IMG/VR virus record: IMGVR_UViG_3300005805_000078
Span: 6,707 to 70,706 of that record
Length of the DNA: 64,000 bases
Direction: 5' to 3' (one strand)
Source of the DNA: a virus
Taxonomy: Duplodnaviria > Caudoviricetes
The position numbers and the translations under genes are program-made. Shown here in pieces: positions 19,905 to 29,799 of the stretch (its first letter is position 1; every line of letters begins with the position of its first letter). The notes beneath the pieces are model-generated. The model made no database searches, was not told the DNA's origin, and was given only the letters and a program-made list of their open reading frames with translations.

Positions 19905-20453
19905 ATGTCAACATCTTTTTGGACAATGACAGATGCTAATACCGGTGTGCCACTTTTTGCACCTACAGCACTAAAGTTAGCACCGACAAGAGCAAACGCG
20001 AATGTAATCTTCGCTAACGCTAATGTAGCACAAGCATTCAGTTCAGCAGTTGGTGTTTATGGCGTAGATACAGAAGAAGCTACGAATACACAAGTAACGC
20101 CTGCAGCTACAAGAATGGCACACGCTGGTTGGGTACAGAGAACTGCCGGTATGGGTGCTGTGTTAACAATCACAGCAAACGCATCATCATATGGCACAAA
20201 TAGTTTTGTGACATTCTCTAATGGTGGTACTGGCAACACAGCAGCAAACGCTACAGTTGCAGTTGCATCAAACGGTTTAATTCAATCGGTTACATTGAAT
20301 TCTGGTGGTTTGTATCTAACTACACCAACTGCAGTTCCCGTTTCTGGAAACGCCGCATTCACTCTTACAATGGGTGGAAGAGCAAACAGAACACAATATG
20401 AAACTATAGTTGCTTCTGGTACAATCACCGGTAACGGCGCAGTTATAATTTAA
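19905..20453 (+). CDS. Putative virion structural protein
   Basis: A/T/G/N-rich, AHAGWV motif, SD AGGAG, ATAAATA upstream. Confidence 0.55.
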   Translation: MSTSFWTMTDANTGVPLFAPTALKLAPTRANANVIFANANVAQAFSSAVGVYGVDTEEATNTQVTPAATRMAHAGWVQRTAGMGAVLTITANASSYGTNSFVTFSNGGTGNTAANATVAVASNGLIQSVTLNSGGLYLTTPTAVPVSGNAAFTLTMGGRANRTQYETIVASGTITGNGAVII

Positions 20454-20456
20454 TAA

Positions 20457-20477
20457 AAGGGGGATTTATTCCCCCTT
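20457..20477. terminator. Hairpin, probable terminator
   Basis: AAGGGGGA-TTTAT-TCCCCCTT perfect 8-bp stem between genes. Confidence 0.5.
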
Positions 20478-20483
20478 AATTTT

Positions 20484-20870
20484 ATGTTTGATGATTTGAA
20501 CGAAGACAATATTTTATTATTTTCTATAAAGGCTTACAATTCACCACATTGCATAATGAGTGAATTTGAAAGTGATTATAAAAGAATAAAATATATCAAA
20601 AGACTCATACGAAAGTATAAAGTAACCAAAAAATTAAAAGATAGGTTATTGCTGAATCACATAATATTGTTTTTCAATGTATTTGAAACTGAATCTGCTA
20701 CGAGAATTCTTTTTTATAAGATAGAAGAAAAAGATCACGATGTTCTAAAAACTTTTCTCGAATACTTGAATTACTTACCAGAGATGATCAAAGGGATTAA
20801 AGGTAAGAACATAATGAGCAAAGACATTATACCAGATTTAATAGTAAAAGAGCAACTGCAACAATTATGA
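20484..20870 (+). CDS. Conserved T4-like hypothetical protein
   Basis: F.SD.KRIKYIKRL...RLLLNHII motif. Confidence 0.7.
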   Translation: MFDDLNEDNILLFSIKAYNSPHCIMSEFESDYKRIKYIKRLIRKYKVTKKLKDRLLLNHIILFFNVFETESATRILFYKIEEKDHDVLKTFLEYLNYLPEMIKGIKGKNIMSKDIIPDLIVKEQLQQL

Positions 20871-21037
20871 AAAAATTCAAACAATTTCTAGAAGATTTTA
20901 GTGCAGGTCCAGCTAATGTTGTTTCAACTGGAGCTATTGCAGGCACTGGTGAAAAAGGTGGTGAGCCAGGTGTGAATTTAAAGAAAAGAAAAACTGTTGT
21001 TATTGGACCTATGTTCAAAAGAAAAAAGATGAAATAG
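20867..21037 (+). CDS. 56-aa protein with CTS-like N-terminus (absent from ORF track)
   Basis: MKKFKQFLEDFSAGPANVVSTGAIAG...; ATGA overlap with the upstream stop. Confidence 0.7.
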   Translation: MKKFKQFLEDFSAGPANVVSTGAIAGTGEKGGEPGVNLKKRKTVVIGPMFKRKKMK

Positions 21038-21038
21038 T

Positions 21039-21452
21039 ATGTGGTTCTTGCAATTTTTACCGCACTGGATTTTTTATGTTATTTTGATTTTAGGTATTAT
21101 CGGTGTTATTGCTCAAAGGTTTATACCTACTTATTATAAAACTCTAGTTTTCAGTATATCATTACTTGCTCTTGTTTTCGGTTTATTCATGCTCGGCGCA
21201 ATCTATGAAAACAAATCATGGGTCGCAAAAGTCAAAGAGATGGAATTAAAAATTGCAGAAGCTGAAACTAAATCACAATCAGAAAACGTCAAAATAGTTG
21301 AAAAAATAGTTTATCAAGATAGAATAATAAAACAAAAGGGTCAAGATATAGTTAAATACATCGACAGAGAAATTGTTAAATATGATAGTCAATGTGTTAT
21401 ACCGAGTGAAGTCATTAATGTGTTAAACGATGCTTCAGCACTAAAGAAATGA
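21039..21452 (+). CDS. Rz-like inner-membrane spanin
   Basis: N-terminal TM helices, coiled coil, upstream of a lipoprotein. Confidence 0.65.
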   Translation: MWFLQFLPHWIFYVILILGIIGVIAQRFIPTYYKTLVFSISLLALVFGLFMLGAIYENKSWVAKVKEMELKIAEAETKSQSENVKIVEKIVYQDRIIKQKGQDIVKYIDREIVKYDSQCVIPSEVINVLNDASALKK

Positions 21453-21715
21453 AAATTCTTCTAATCTTATTTTCTTCATTTCTAGTCGGTTGTAGTACGA
21501 TTGTACCTGTCGAGAGAAAGTTTCCGGAAGCGCCTTCTTTATTACTCGAAAAGTGCGCTGAATTGCAAAAGACAAAAGATAATGCTTCATTGAGTGAAGT
21601 GATAAAGGTCGTTAGTTCTAATTATTCGTTATATCATGATTGTTCGTCCAAACATAATGCATTTATTGATTGGTATGAAACACAAAAAAAGATATTCGAA
21701 GGTAAGAAAAAATGA
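21449..21715 (+). CDS. Rz1-like outer-membrane spanin lipoprotein
   Basis: Signal peptide with lipobox LVG-C. Confidence 0.7.
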   Translation: MKILLILFSSFLVGCSTIVPVERKFPEAPSLLLEKCAELQKTKDNASLSEVIKVVSSNYSLYHDCSSKHNAFIDWYETQKKIFEGKKK

Positions 21716-22341
21716 CAGCACTGACAAAACAGCAATTAAATCAACTGATACCAAAAAATCCACATTTGGATTATTGGTATGACGCATTAACACAACTCTT
21801 GCCGGATTACGGCATTGATACACCAAAAAGAATTGCCGCATTTATTGCACAATGTTCACATGAGTCTGGTGGGTTCAGAAGTATTCGTGAAAACTTGAAT
21901 TACAGATGGCAAACACTGAGACAATTATTTCCAAAATATTTTCCATCTGACGAACTTGCACAGAGATATGCTTCGATGCCGAATAAGCAAGAAGCGATTG
22001 CGAACAGAATCTATGCAAACAGAATGGGTAACGGTCCAGAAGACTCGGGTGACGGCTTTAGATATAGAGGTCGCGGACTCATACAACTTACTGGAAAAGA
22101 AAACTATTCTTGGTTTGCAGCATCACTAGAGATAAGCGTCGAAGAGGCTGCTGAGTATCTTGAAACTTTTGAAGGTGCTGCACAATCAGCTTGCTGGTTT
22201 TGGGAAACCAACAGTCTAAATCGCTGGGCAGATACTGGCGATATGTTAACACTCACAAAAAGAATCAATGGCGGAACAATTGGTCTGGACGATAGAATAA
22301 AACATTACAACCATGCACTGCATGTTTTGGGGGAACACTGA
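21712..22341 (+). CDS. GH19 (chitinase-like) endolysin
   Basis: AQCSHESGGF, ENLNY, YRGRGLIQLTG, INGG. Confidence 0.92.
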   Translation: MTALTKQQLNQLIPKNPHLDYWYDALTQLLPDYGIDTPKRIAAFIAQCSHESGGFRSIRENLNYRWQTLRQLFPKYFPSDELAQRYASMPNKQEAIANRIYANRMGNGPEDSGDGFRYRGRGLIQLTGKENYSWFAASLEISVEEAAEYLETFEGAAQSACWFWETNSLNRWADTGDMLTLTKRINGGTIGLDDRIKHYNHALHVLGEH

Positions 22342-22832
22342 TGACTGAAGAAGTAAAAGTAGAAAAACCGCAAGAAGATTGGATGCAAAAGAAATGGCGT
22401 CCAATGATGGCTATCATGTACATGTTGGTGTGTATTTTTGATTTCATTTTATTTCCAATAATGTTCACTGCTGTTCAATTTTGGGAAGTTGAAGCAGCTA
22501 ATGACGCATTTAGACAATGGGTACCAATTACACTCGGTGGCGGCGGTCTATTCCATGTCGCAATGGGTGCTGTTCTTGGTGTGTCTGCTTGGTCTAGAGG
22601 TCAAGAAAAGATTGCTGGCGCCGCAGCAAATAATCAACCTGCGCTACCAGTACCTTCGCCTGCGCCCGCAATAAATATTACGGCTGAAACACCACCTATG
22701 AAAAGAAATGATCCACCTCTCAGTAATGAGCCATCATTATATGCATCGGCAGTTTCACAAGAACAACCAAAAGTAGTTGCTGGCTATAAGGGCAAACCAT
22801 CACCAATAAGCGGCTCTGATCCACTCATTTAA
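22341..22832 (+). CDS. Putative holin
   Basis: KWRP followed by TM helices, GGLFHVAMGAVLG; adjacent to endolysin. Confidence 0.6.
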   Translation: MTEEVKVEKPQEDWMQKKWRPMMAIMYMLVCIFDFILFPIMFTAVQFWEVEAANDAFRQWVPITLGGGGLFHVAMGAVLGVSAWSRGQEKIAGAAANNQPALPVPSPAPAINITAETPPMKRNDPPLSNEPSLYASAVSQEQPKVVAGYKGKPSPISGSDPLI

Positions 22833-22844
22833 AGGAAAAGTAAA

Positions 22845-23048
22845 ATGAAAAAAATCATAACAATCTTGTCACTATGTGTTTTTTCATTAACATCATTTGC
22901 GGCTGAACCTGCAAAAAAAGAACCTGAGAAGAAAAAAGTTTGCGTAATGCAAAAAGACACAAAGAGTGGAAAAGAAAAAGAAGTTTGCCGTGAAATGAAA
23001 GTTCACAAAAAACTTGATGGTACAAAAGTTCCTGAAAATAAAAAATGA
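22845..23048 (+). CDS. Small secreted or periplasmic protein
   Basis: Signal peptide (SFA-A), two Cys. Confidence 0.6.
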   Translation: MKKIITILSLCVFSLTSFAAEPAKKEPEKKKVCVMQKDTKSGKEKEVCREMKVHKKLDGTKVPENKK

Positions 23049-23482
23049 ATGATGAAAAAGAATGCACCGACATAAAGATAGAAGTGGGTGTATTAAAGAC
23101 TAAAGTTGATTCGATCGCAAAGCTTTGTGATAAGATGGACAAAGTAATCGAAAAGTTAACTGAAAATCAAGATAAAATGGTCGAACAAATTTACAATGAT
23201 ATGAGAAAAAGAGAAGATGATAAAAATCAGGATGTAAAAGAACTACATTCGCGTATAACCACAATCAGTAGAGAATTGTCTGATAAAGTTGAATTGACTG
23301 AACGCAGAATTATGGATGAGATAAAATCTCTCCGCAATGACATTGCTGAACATAATAAAAAAGAAGATCAGGAAATCAAAAAAATCCTTGAGTGGAAGTG
23401 GATGGCTGCAGGTGGTATAATTGTTGCGGTATGGTTGATCTCAAACGTAAATTTCGCTAGAATAGCCGAATTCTTCCAATAA
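23045..23482 (+). CDS. Coiled-coil protein with C-terminal TM helix
   Basis: Composition; coupled to the upstream gene. Confidence 0.6.
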   Translation: MNDEKECTDIKIEVGVLKTKVDSIAKLCDKMDKVIEKLTENQDKMVEQIYNDMRKREDDKNQDVKELHSRITTISRELSDKVELTERRIMDEIKSLRNDIAEHNKKEDQEIKKILEWKWMAAGGIIVAVWLISNVNFARIAEFFQ

Positions 23483-23497
23483 AATTTACCATTCGTT

Positions 23498-24505
23498 ATG
23501 AGCATCTTTGTAGACAAGAAGTTCCTCAAGCTTTTATCTCCGAAATTAAACAGGTTCACTCAGAAAAAAGAAGACTTGTTTAATTTCCGTTGCCCGTTTT
23601 GTGGCGACTCCCAGAAAAATAAACTGAAAGCGAGAGGATACATTTATCGTAAAAAGAATGATTACTTTTATAAGTGTCAGAACTGTGGCATTGGTCACAA
23701 TATGTTCAACTTTGTCAATTTAATTGACACCGACTTATCTAAAGAATATACTCTCGAAAAATTCCGTGAGAAGAGTAATAACAAAGTAGAATTCACTGCA
23801 TTGGTCGAAAAGCCACAATTTGTGACAGTGCAGAATAAATTAAACTTACCAAAAATCTGTGATCTTTCTCCTGAGCATTTCGCATATCAATATTGTGATT
23901 CGAGAAAGATTCCAAAAGAAAACTTTTCAGAATTGTTTTATGCGAATGATTTCAAAAAGTTTGTTGACGAAATCAAACCAGAGCATGGTAAAGATTTAAA
24001 AGAAGATGATCCTAGATTGGTGATTCCGTTTCTAAATGAAAAGAATGAGTTGATTGCTTTTCAAGGAAGAGCATTGAGAGATTCAAAACTTAGATACATC
24101 ACGATCAAACTCGGTGAAGATAACATCAAATATTTTGGCATTAATAGAGTTGACACTAATGAAAACATTTATGTCACAGAAGGTCCAATCGACTCTCTGT
24201 TTTTGCCTAATTGTATAGCCACTGCTGATTCAAATTTGATGAGAGTGTCATCATATTTCGCAAAAGAAAAGTTGACACTGATTTTTGATAATGAGCCGAG
24301 AAATAAAGACATATGCAAATTGATAGATGATGCTATTGATAATCACTTCAAAGTTTGCATATGGCCCGAAATGATAGAAGAGAAAGACATCAATGATATG
24401 ATTCTTGCCGGCTATACAAAAGAAGAGGTAATGGATATCATTGAAAAAAATACTTTCGTTAATCTGAGAGCTAAAATTGAATTTATTAATTGGAGAAAAA
24501 TATGA
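23498..24505 (+). CDS. gp61: DNA primase gp61
   Basis: CPFCGDS..C.NC zinc finger, TEGPIDSLF, FDNEPRN, KDINDM. Confidence 0.95.
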   Translation: MSIFVDKKFLKLLSPKLNRFTQKKEDLFNFRCPFCGDSQKNKLKARGYIYRKKNDYFYKCQNCGIGHNMFNFVNLIDTDLSKEYTLEKFREKSNNKVEFTALVEKPQFVTVQNKLNLPKICDLSPEHFAYQYCDSRKIPKENFSELFYANDFKKFVDEIKPEHGKDLKEDDPRLVIPFLNEKNELIAFQGRALRDSKLRYITIKLGEDNIKYFGINRVDTNENIYVTEGPIDSLFLPNCIATADSNLMRVSSYFAKEKLTLIFDNEPRNKDICKLIDDAIDNHFKVCIWPEMIEEKDINDMILAGYTKEEVMDIIEKNTFVNLRAKIEFINWRKI

Positions 24506-25170
24506 CTGTTAAATTGATTAGTTATTCACAAACACCGAATTCGGACATGAGTTTGCTTGAACAGGTAGCATATGCTGCTCGCGTTTCAAATCCGTCGAAT
24601 CAGAACAATATGGATACTGCTGAAAAACTTGTTCGCTATCTAATCAAGCATAATCATTGGTCGCCACTAGAGATGGTTTCGGTCTGTTTGGAAATTGAAA
24701 CCACCCGTGATATTGCAAGACAGATTCTTCGTCATCGTTCATTCTCATTTCAGGAGTTTAGTCAACGTTATGCTGATCCTGTCAAAGAATTGAATTTTGT
24801 GACAAGAGAAGCTAGATTGCAGGATTTGAAGAATAGGCAAAATAGCATTGAATTGGATCTATCAGATTCACAAATACGCGAACTGAACAATATGTGGATG
24901 GATCTTCAAATTGAACAAATAAAGCACACGAAAAAAATGTATAACTGGGCAATAAGTAATGGTATTGCCAAAGAACAGGCGAGAGCAGTATTGCCAGAAG
25001 GCTTGACTTCATCTAGAATGTATATGAATGGCACTCTACGCTCATGGGTACACTATATAGAACTCCGATCTTCGAACGGCACACAAAAAGAACACATGAT
25101 TATTGCACAAGAGTGTGCTGCTGCCATTGAACCAGTTTTCCCTATGATTAAGGAGTTTATTAATGTATAA
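24502..25170 (+). CDS. thyX: Flavin-dependent thymidylate synthase
   Basis: HWSPLE, RQILRHRSFSFQEFSQRY, TQKEH. Confidence 0.96.
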   Translation: MTVKLISYSQTPNSDMSLLEQVAYAARVSNPSNQNNMDTAEKLVRYLIKHNHWSPLEMVSVCLEIETTRDIARQILRHRSFSFQEFSQRYADPVKELNFVTREARLQDLKNRQNSIELDLSDSQIRELNNMWMDLQIEQIKHTKKMYNWAISNGIAKEQARAVLPEGLTSSRMYMNGTLRSWVHYIELRSSNGTQKEHMIIAQECAAAIEPVFPMIKEFINV

Positions 25171-25504
25171 AGATGTGGTAACTTTTATTGAGGCGTGTGA
25201 CCAAGAGAAAAACGCGGTAAATGCTCTACTATATAAGACTCTCATTGAAGAAGAATTCAAAGAATTCGTTGATGCAATTCAACAAAATGATGAAGTAGAG
25301 CAATTAGATGCTTGCATGGACATGATTTGGGTTATTCTAGGCTATTGCTACATGAAAAAGTTTAACGTAGATGATGCATGGGCAGAAGTCGCTCGTTCGA
25401 ATTTGGATAAAATTTCTGAAAATGGTAAAGTAATCAAGAGAGAAGATGGAAAGATTCTTAAGCCAGCTGGGTGGCGTCCACCTGATCTAACTAATTTCGT
25501 GTAA
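25163..25504 (+). CDS. MazG-like/all-alpha NTP pyrophosphatase
   Basis: LIEEE.KE, LDAC.D, SNLDK, DGKILKP. Confidence 0.8.
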   Translation: MYKDVVTFIEACDQEKNAVNALLYKTLIEEEFKEFVDAIQQNDEVEQLDACMDMIWVILGYCYMKKFNVDDAWAEVARSNLDKISENGKVIKREDGKILKPAGWRPPDLTNFV

Positions 25505-25530
25505 TAAAATAATAACTAAAAGGTAAACAA

Positions 25531-27321
25531 ATGGAACATATGGGAATAAAAATTGATCTAGAGAGGGATAAATTATTCGATGAATTGGGTATTAAGAGGC
25601 TCAAAGAGTCATACATGAGAGATGATGAGTCTTCACCGCAAGAAAGGTTCGCATATGTTTCAAAAAAGTTTAGCAGCAATGCTGATCATGCTCAAAGGCT
25701 TTACGATTATTCTTCTAATCATTGGCTTAGTTATTCTACTCCCATTCTATCTTTTGGGCGTTCTAAGCGTGGTCTCCCTATTTCTTGTTTTCTTAACTTT
25801 ATTGAAGATACTGCAGAGGGACTAGTCGATAATCTATCGGAAACAAATTGGCTTTCTATGCTTGGTGGTGGCGTAGGCATTGGTTTCGGTATTCGTTCAG
25901 CGGATGATAAATCTACTGGAGTTATGCCTCACCTCAAAATGTATGATGCATCATCTCTCGCTTACCGACAAGGTAGTACTCGCCGAGGCAGTTATGCTGC
26001 ATATCTCGATATTTCTCATCCTGATATTATTCCTTTTTTAGAAATGCGTAAACCGACAGGTGACCCGAATGTGCGTTGCCTGAATCTACACCATGGCATC
26101 AATATCACAGATGACTTCATGCAGATTATTGAAAACTGTATGTTGGATCCAAAAGCAAGCGATAATTGGAAATTAATTGATCCAAACTCCGGTGAAGTGC
26201 GTGAAACCGTATCAGCCAAACATCTTTGGCAACAAATCATAGAATTGCGTATGCATACTGGTGAACCTTACATACACTTTATTGATGAGTCGAATCGGAA
26301 AATGCCTGATTGGCTAAAAGAAAAAGGTTTGAAAATCAATCAATCAAACCTTTGCTCAGAAATTATTCTTCCGACAAATGAGAAGAGAACTGCTGTTTGT
26401 TGCCTCTCATCGTTGAATTTGGAGTATTATGATGCTTGGAAAAATGACAAACTTTTTCTTCGGGACGTTGCAGAGATGCTCGATAACGTTCTTCAGTATT
26501 TCATTGATAATGCTCCTGACAGCATATCACGCGCAAGATATTCTGCTTCTATGGAACGCTCTATTGGTGTTGGTGCTCTCGGCTTTCATGCGCTTCTACA
26601 GAAGATGAATATTCCTTGGGAATCAGTAATCGCTAAATCACTAAACAACAAAATATTCAAACATGTTAGAGAAGAACTGGACAAGGTTAATAAGCAACTT
26701 GGATCTGAGAGAGGTGAAGCGCCGGATGCTATTGGCACTGGTAATAGGTTCAGCCATCTTATGGCAATTGCTCCCAATGCTAGTTCTTCCATTATTATGG
26801 GCAATACCTCTCCTTCTATTGAACCTTATCGGGCTAACGCTTATCGCCAGGACACTCTTTCGGGTTCTTTCTTGAATAAGAACAAGTATCTCGATAAAAT
26901 CATTAAGAAAGAAGCAGAATCACATGTAGATTCATGGTATGATGAAACTTGGAGCAGTATCATTGCAAATGATGGTTCTGTTCAACATCTGACATGGATG
27001 GACGAATATACTAAAGACGTATTTAAAACATCAATGGAAATTGATCAGCGTTGGATTATTGAACACGCTTCTGATAGACAACAATACATTGATCAAGCAC
27101 AATCGTTGAATTTATTCTTTAGACCAGACTCTAATATCAAGTATCTACATGCAGTACACTTTATGGCATGGAAAAAGAACTTGAAGACACTATACTATTG
27201 CCGTTCAGAGAAACTAGCTAAAGCTGATAAAGTGTCTAAGAAAATTGAACGCAAAGTAATTGATGAAATAGATATGACAGAAATAGCTAAAGGTAATGAT
27301 TGTATTGCATGTGAGGGATAA
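25531..27321 (+). CDS. nrdA: Class I ribonucleotide reductase alpha subunit, short form
   Basis: PISCF, QSNLCSEI, APNASSS, TLYY, C-term CIACEG. Confidence 0.96.
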   Translation: MEHMGIKIDLERDKLFDELGIKRLKESYMRDDESSPQERFAYVSKKFSSNADHAQRLYDYSSNHWLSYSTPILSFGRSKRGLPISCFLNFIEDTAEGLVDNLSETNWLSMLGGGVGIGFGIRSADDKSTGVMPHLKMYDASSLAYRQGSTRRGSYAAYLDISHPDIIPFLEMRKPTGDPNVRCLNLHHGINITDDFMQIIENCMLDPKASDNWKLIDPNSGEVRETVSAKHLWQQIIELRMHTGEPYIHFIDESNRKMPDWLKEKGLKINQSNLCSEIILPTNEKRTAVCCLSSLNLEYYDAWKNDKLFLRDVAEMLDNVLQYFIDNAPDSISRARYSASMERSIGVGALGFHALLQKMNIPWESVIAKSLNNKIFKHVREELDKVNKQLGSERGEAPDAIGTGNRFSHLMAIAPNASSSIIMGNTSPSIEPYRANAYRQDTLSGSFLNKNKYLDKIIKKEAESHVDSWYDETWSSIIANDGSVQHLTWMDEYTKDVFKTSMEIDQRWIIEHASDRQQYIDQAQSLNLFFRPDSNIKYLHAVHFMAWKKNLKTLYYCRSEKLAKADKVSKKIERKVIDEIDMTEIAKGNDCIACEG

Positions 27322-27960
27322 ATGGCACATATAATCGCAAATTTACCAACAGTCAGATGTTTTGTTCGTAAAGAATTTCTTTATGATTTTGAAAAGGGTT
27401 ATGGTCAACTAGAACCTTGCTGGTGGGTCAGCATCAAATCGTTGAGGGGGCAAGCATTTAGAATCGAATCGTATTTGAATCAATATGGTGCGCTGTACGA
27501 TAAATTACCGATCAGTGCATACTGCTGGAAACCAATCGAAGGCGAACCATTACCACTCGACTACTTGCAATTATGGGACTGTTTGAGTTATGATATCACT
27601 GTCTTGAAGAAGGCACAACTTCAGTCAATGAAGTGCAAGTTCAAATTGAAGAACGGTGATTGGATGTACGGCGAATATTTGTTCACAGTAGATTCGGCAC
27701 ATCCAGATTTCAACATTATAGATACCGGCTTATCTGAAGATATTGAAGATCATAAATCTTATAATTTCATCAAATGTGATAATGGTCAATTTGCTTGTCA
27801 GCCTAATAACAGATTGATCGTGTTCGAGCCTTCGAGCAATCCAAAAGAATTAAAATACCCAGATTTTAAAGTATCAACTAAACGATGGTCAGTAGAAACA
27901 GAATCAAAGTGGGCTCTCGGTGATACTGACACCGTTATGTACGAAAGAGAAGAAAAATGA
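27322..27960 (+). CDS. Conserved phage hypothetical protein
   Basis: 212-aa ORF abutting nrdA. Confidence 0.7.
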   Translation: MAHIIANLPTVRCFVRKEFLYDFEKGYGQLEPCWWVSIKSLRGQAFRIESYLNQYGALYDKLPISAYCWKPIEGEPLPLDYLQLWDCLSYDITVLKKAQLQSMKCKFKLKNGDWMYGEYLFTVDSAHPDFNIIDTGLSEDIEDHKSYNFIKCDNGQFACQPNNRLIVFEPSSNPKELKYPDFKVSTKRWSVETESKWALGDTDTVMYEREEK

Positions 27961-28205
27961 AAATAATGAAATTTTACGCAGACTGGTGCCAACCATGTAA
28001 AAATTTAACTAAAGTTATGGAGAATATTAATTTTCCATATCCAGTTGAAGAAATCAATATTGAGAAAAACATGGAGGCTTCAATTTACTTCGGTGTAACA
28101 AGTGTACCGATGCTAATTCTTGTTGATGAGAATCAGAATGTGCTGAAACGCATACGCGGTCTAAAGACCGAATCAGAACTAAGAAAAGAACTAACTTTGG
28201 AGTAA
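27957..28205 (+). CDS. Thioredoxin
   Basis: FYADWCQPCK. Confidence 0.92.
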   Translation: MKIMKFYADWCQPCKNLTKVMENINFPYPVEEINIEKNMEASIYFGVTSVPMLILVDENQNVLKRIRGLKTESELRKELTLE

Positions 28206-28207
28206 AG

Positions 28208-29179
28208 ATGGTCAAATCTAAAATTAACATAACTGACGAAAGAAGTTATTTCAAACCGTTTTCGTATCCATGGGCTTATGAAGCCTGGTTGAAGCATGAG
28301 CAAGCACATTGGCTTCACACGGAAGTTCCCATGGCTGAAGATGTTAAAGATTGGAAGAATCGTCTAACAAATGAAGAAAAACACTTTCTAACCAACATTT
28401 TCCGCTTTTTTACGCAGGGAGATATTGACGTTGCTGGTGGTTATGTTCGTAATTACTTGCCTTATTTTCCACAACCTGAAGTTCGAATGATGCTTGCTGG
28501 TTTCGCAGCAAGAGAAGCACTTCATATTGCAGCTTACTCACATCTAATTGAAACTCTCGGTATGCCAGAGTCTACTTATAAGGACTTCTTAGAATATCAA
28601 GAGATGCGTGATAAGCATGATTATGTTATGGAACTTTCACTAAAAAACGGAACACTCGAATCTACTGCTACACACATTGCAGTCTTCTCAGCATTTACTG
28701 AAGGTATGCAGTTGTTCTCTTCGTTCATTATGTTGTTGAATTTCCCAAGAAACGGTCTAATGAAGGGCATGGGTCAAATCGTCACTTGGTCTATCGTGGA
28801 TGAAACTTTGCATTCTGAATCTATGATCAAGCTTTTCAGAACCTATATAGAAGAAAATAAAGAAATTTGGAACGATGAATTGAAATCGAAAATTTACAGC
28901 ATAGCCGAAAAGATGGTTTCGCTTGAAGATAAATTTATCGATCTTTGTGGTGAAGCTAAAAACTTATCAAAATCTGATTTGAAGCAATACATTCGATATA
29001 TTGCTGATCGTCGTTTGATATCTATGGGTCTAAAAGGTATTTTCAAAGTAAAGAAAAATCCTTTGCCCTGGGTAGAAGAAATGATCAATGCACCGACTCA
29101 TACAAATTTCTTCGAAAACAGAGCAACCGATTATGCCAAGGGTGCCACAAAGGGTAGCTGGAGTGAAGTCTGGGCATAA
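28208..29179 (+). CDS. nrdB: Ribonucleotide reductase beta subunit
   Basis: EALHIAAY, EGMQLFSSF, DETLH, NFFE. Confidence 0.96.
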   Translation: MVKSKINITDERSYFKPFSYPWAYEAWLKHEQAHWLHTEVPMAEDVKDWKNRLTNEEKHFLTNIFRFFTQGDIDVAGGYVRNYLPYFPQPEVRMMLAGFAAREALHIAAYSHLIETLGMPESTYKDFLEYQEMRDKHDYVMELSLKNGTLESTATHIAVFSAFTEGMQLFSSFIMLLNFPRNGLMKGMGQIVTWSIVDETLHSESMIKLFRTYIEENKEIWNDELKSKIYSIAEKMVSLEDKFIDLCGEAKNLSKSDLKQYIRYIADRRLISMGLKGIFKVKKNPLPWVEEMINAPTHTNFFENRATDYAKGATKGSWSEVWA

Positions 29180-29197
29180 TATTAAAAAGGATAATAA

Positions 29198-29395
29198 ATG
29201 ACAGAAAGATCAATTATAGCGGAATGTGAAAATTGTGAATCAAGTTTTGAAATTAACTACTCAGAAGAATTTGTTTCTTCTGAAACGCCGAACTTTTGCC
29301 CATTCTGTGGTGATGAAATAGAAAATTTGAGCGAATCTGATGATTATGATGACGATGAATTAGATGATGATTCAAATGAAGAATGGAAAGCTTAA
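29198..29395 (+). CDS. Zinc-ribbon protein with acidic tail
   Basis: CENC...CPFCG. Confidence 0.7.
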   Translation: MTERSIIAECENCESSFEINYSEEFVSSETPNFCPFCGDEIENLSESDDYDDDELDDDSNEEWKA

Positions 29396-29799
29396 ACTGG
29401 AAATACAAAGGCGAATATTTCACCGATGAAAACATAGGTGAGCATACCGGTTTTGTATATTTAATAACGAATAAGAAAACCAATAAAAAGTATATTGGCA
29501 AAAAAACTTTTTTCTTTCTCAAAACCAAAGTCACTAAGGGAAAAAAGAAACGGCAAAAAACGCCATCGGATTGGAAAACTTATTACGGATCTAACACCTC
29601 GCTTCAAGAAGATGTTAAGATGCATGGTGTAGAATTCTTCGAAAGAGAAATCCTACACCTCTGTAAAACCAAAGGCCAGTGTAATTATTTGGAAGCAAAA
29701 GAACAATTCAAACTATGTGTTTTAGAGTCTGAAAACTACTACAATGACTGGATAATGGTTAAAGTTCGTAAATCACATTTAGGAAATTTGAATGAGTGA
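29383..29799 (+). CDS. GIY-YIG-type endonuclease
   Basis: GFVYLITN...KYIGKK, YYGS, E.KEQ. Confidence 0.75.
   Translation: MESLNWKYKGEYFTDENIGEHTGFVYLITNKKTNKKYIGKKTFFFLKTKVTKGKKKRQKTPSDWKTYYGSNTSLQEDVKMHGVEFFEREILHLCKTKGQCNYLEAKEQFKLCVLESENYYNDWIMVKVRKSHLGNLNE

Noticed and set aside
2-29179. Introns or inteins in gp43, gp41, nrdA, nrdB
   Set aside because: All are continuous and of normal or short length
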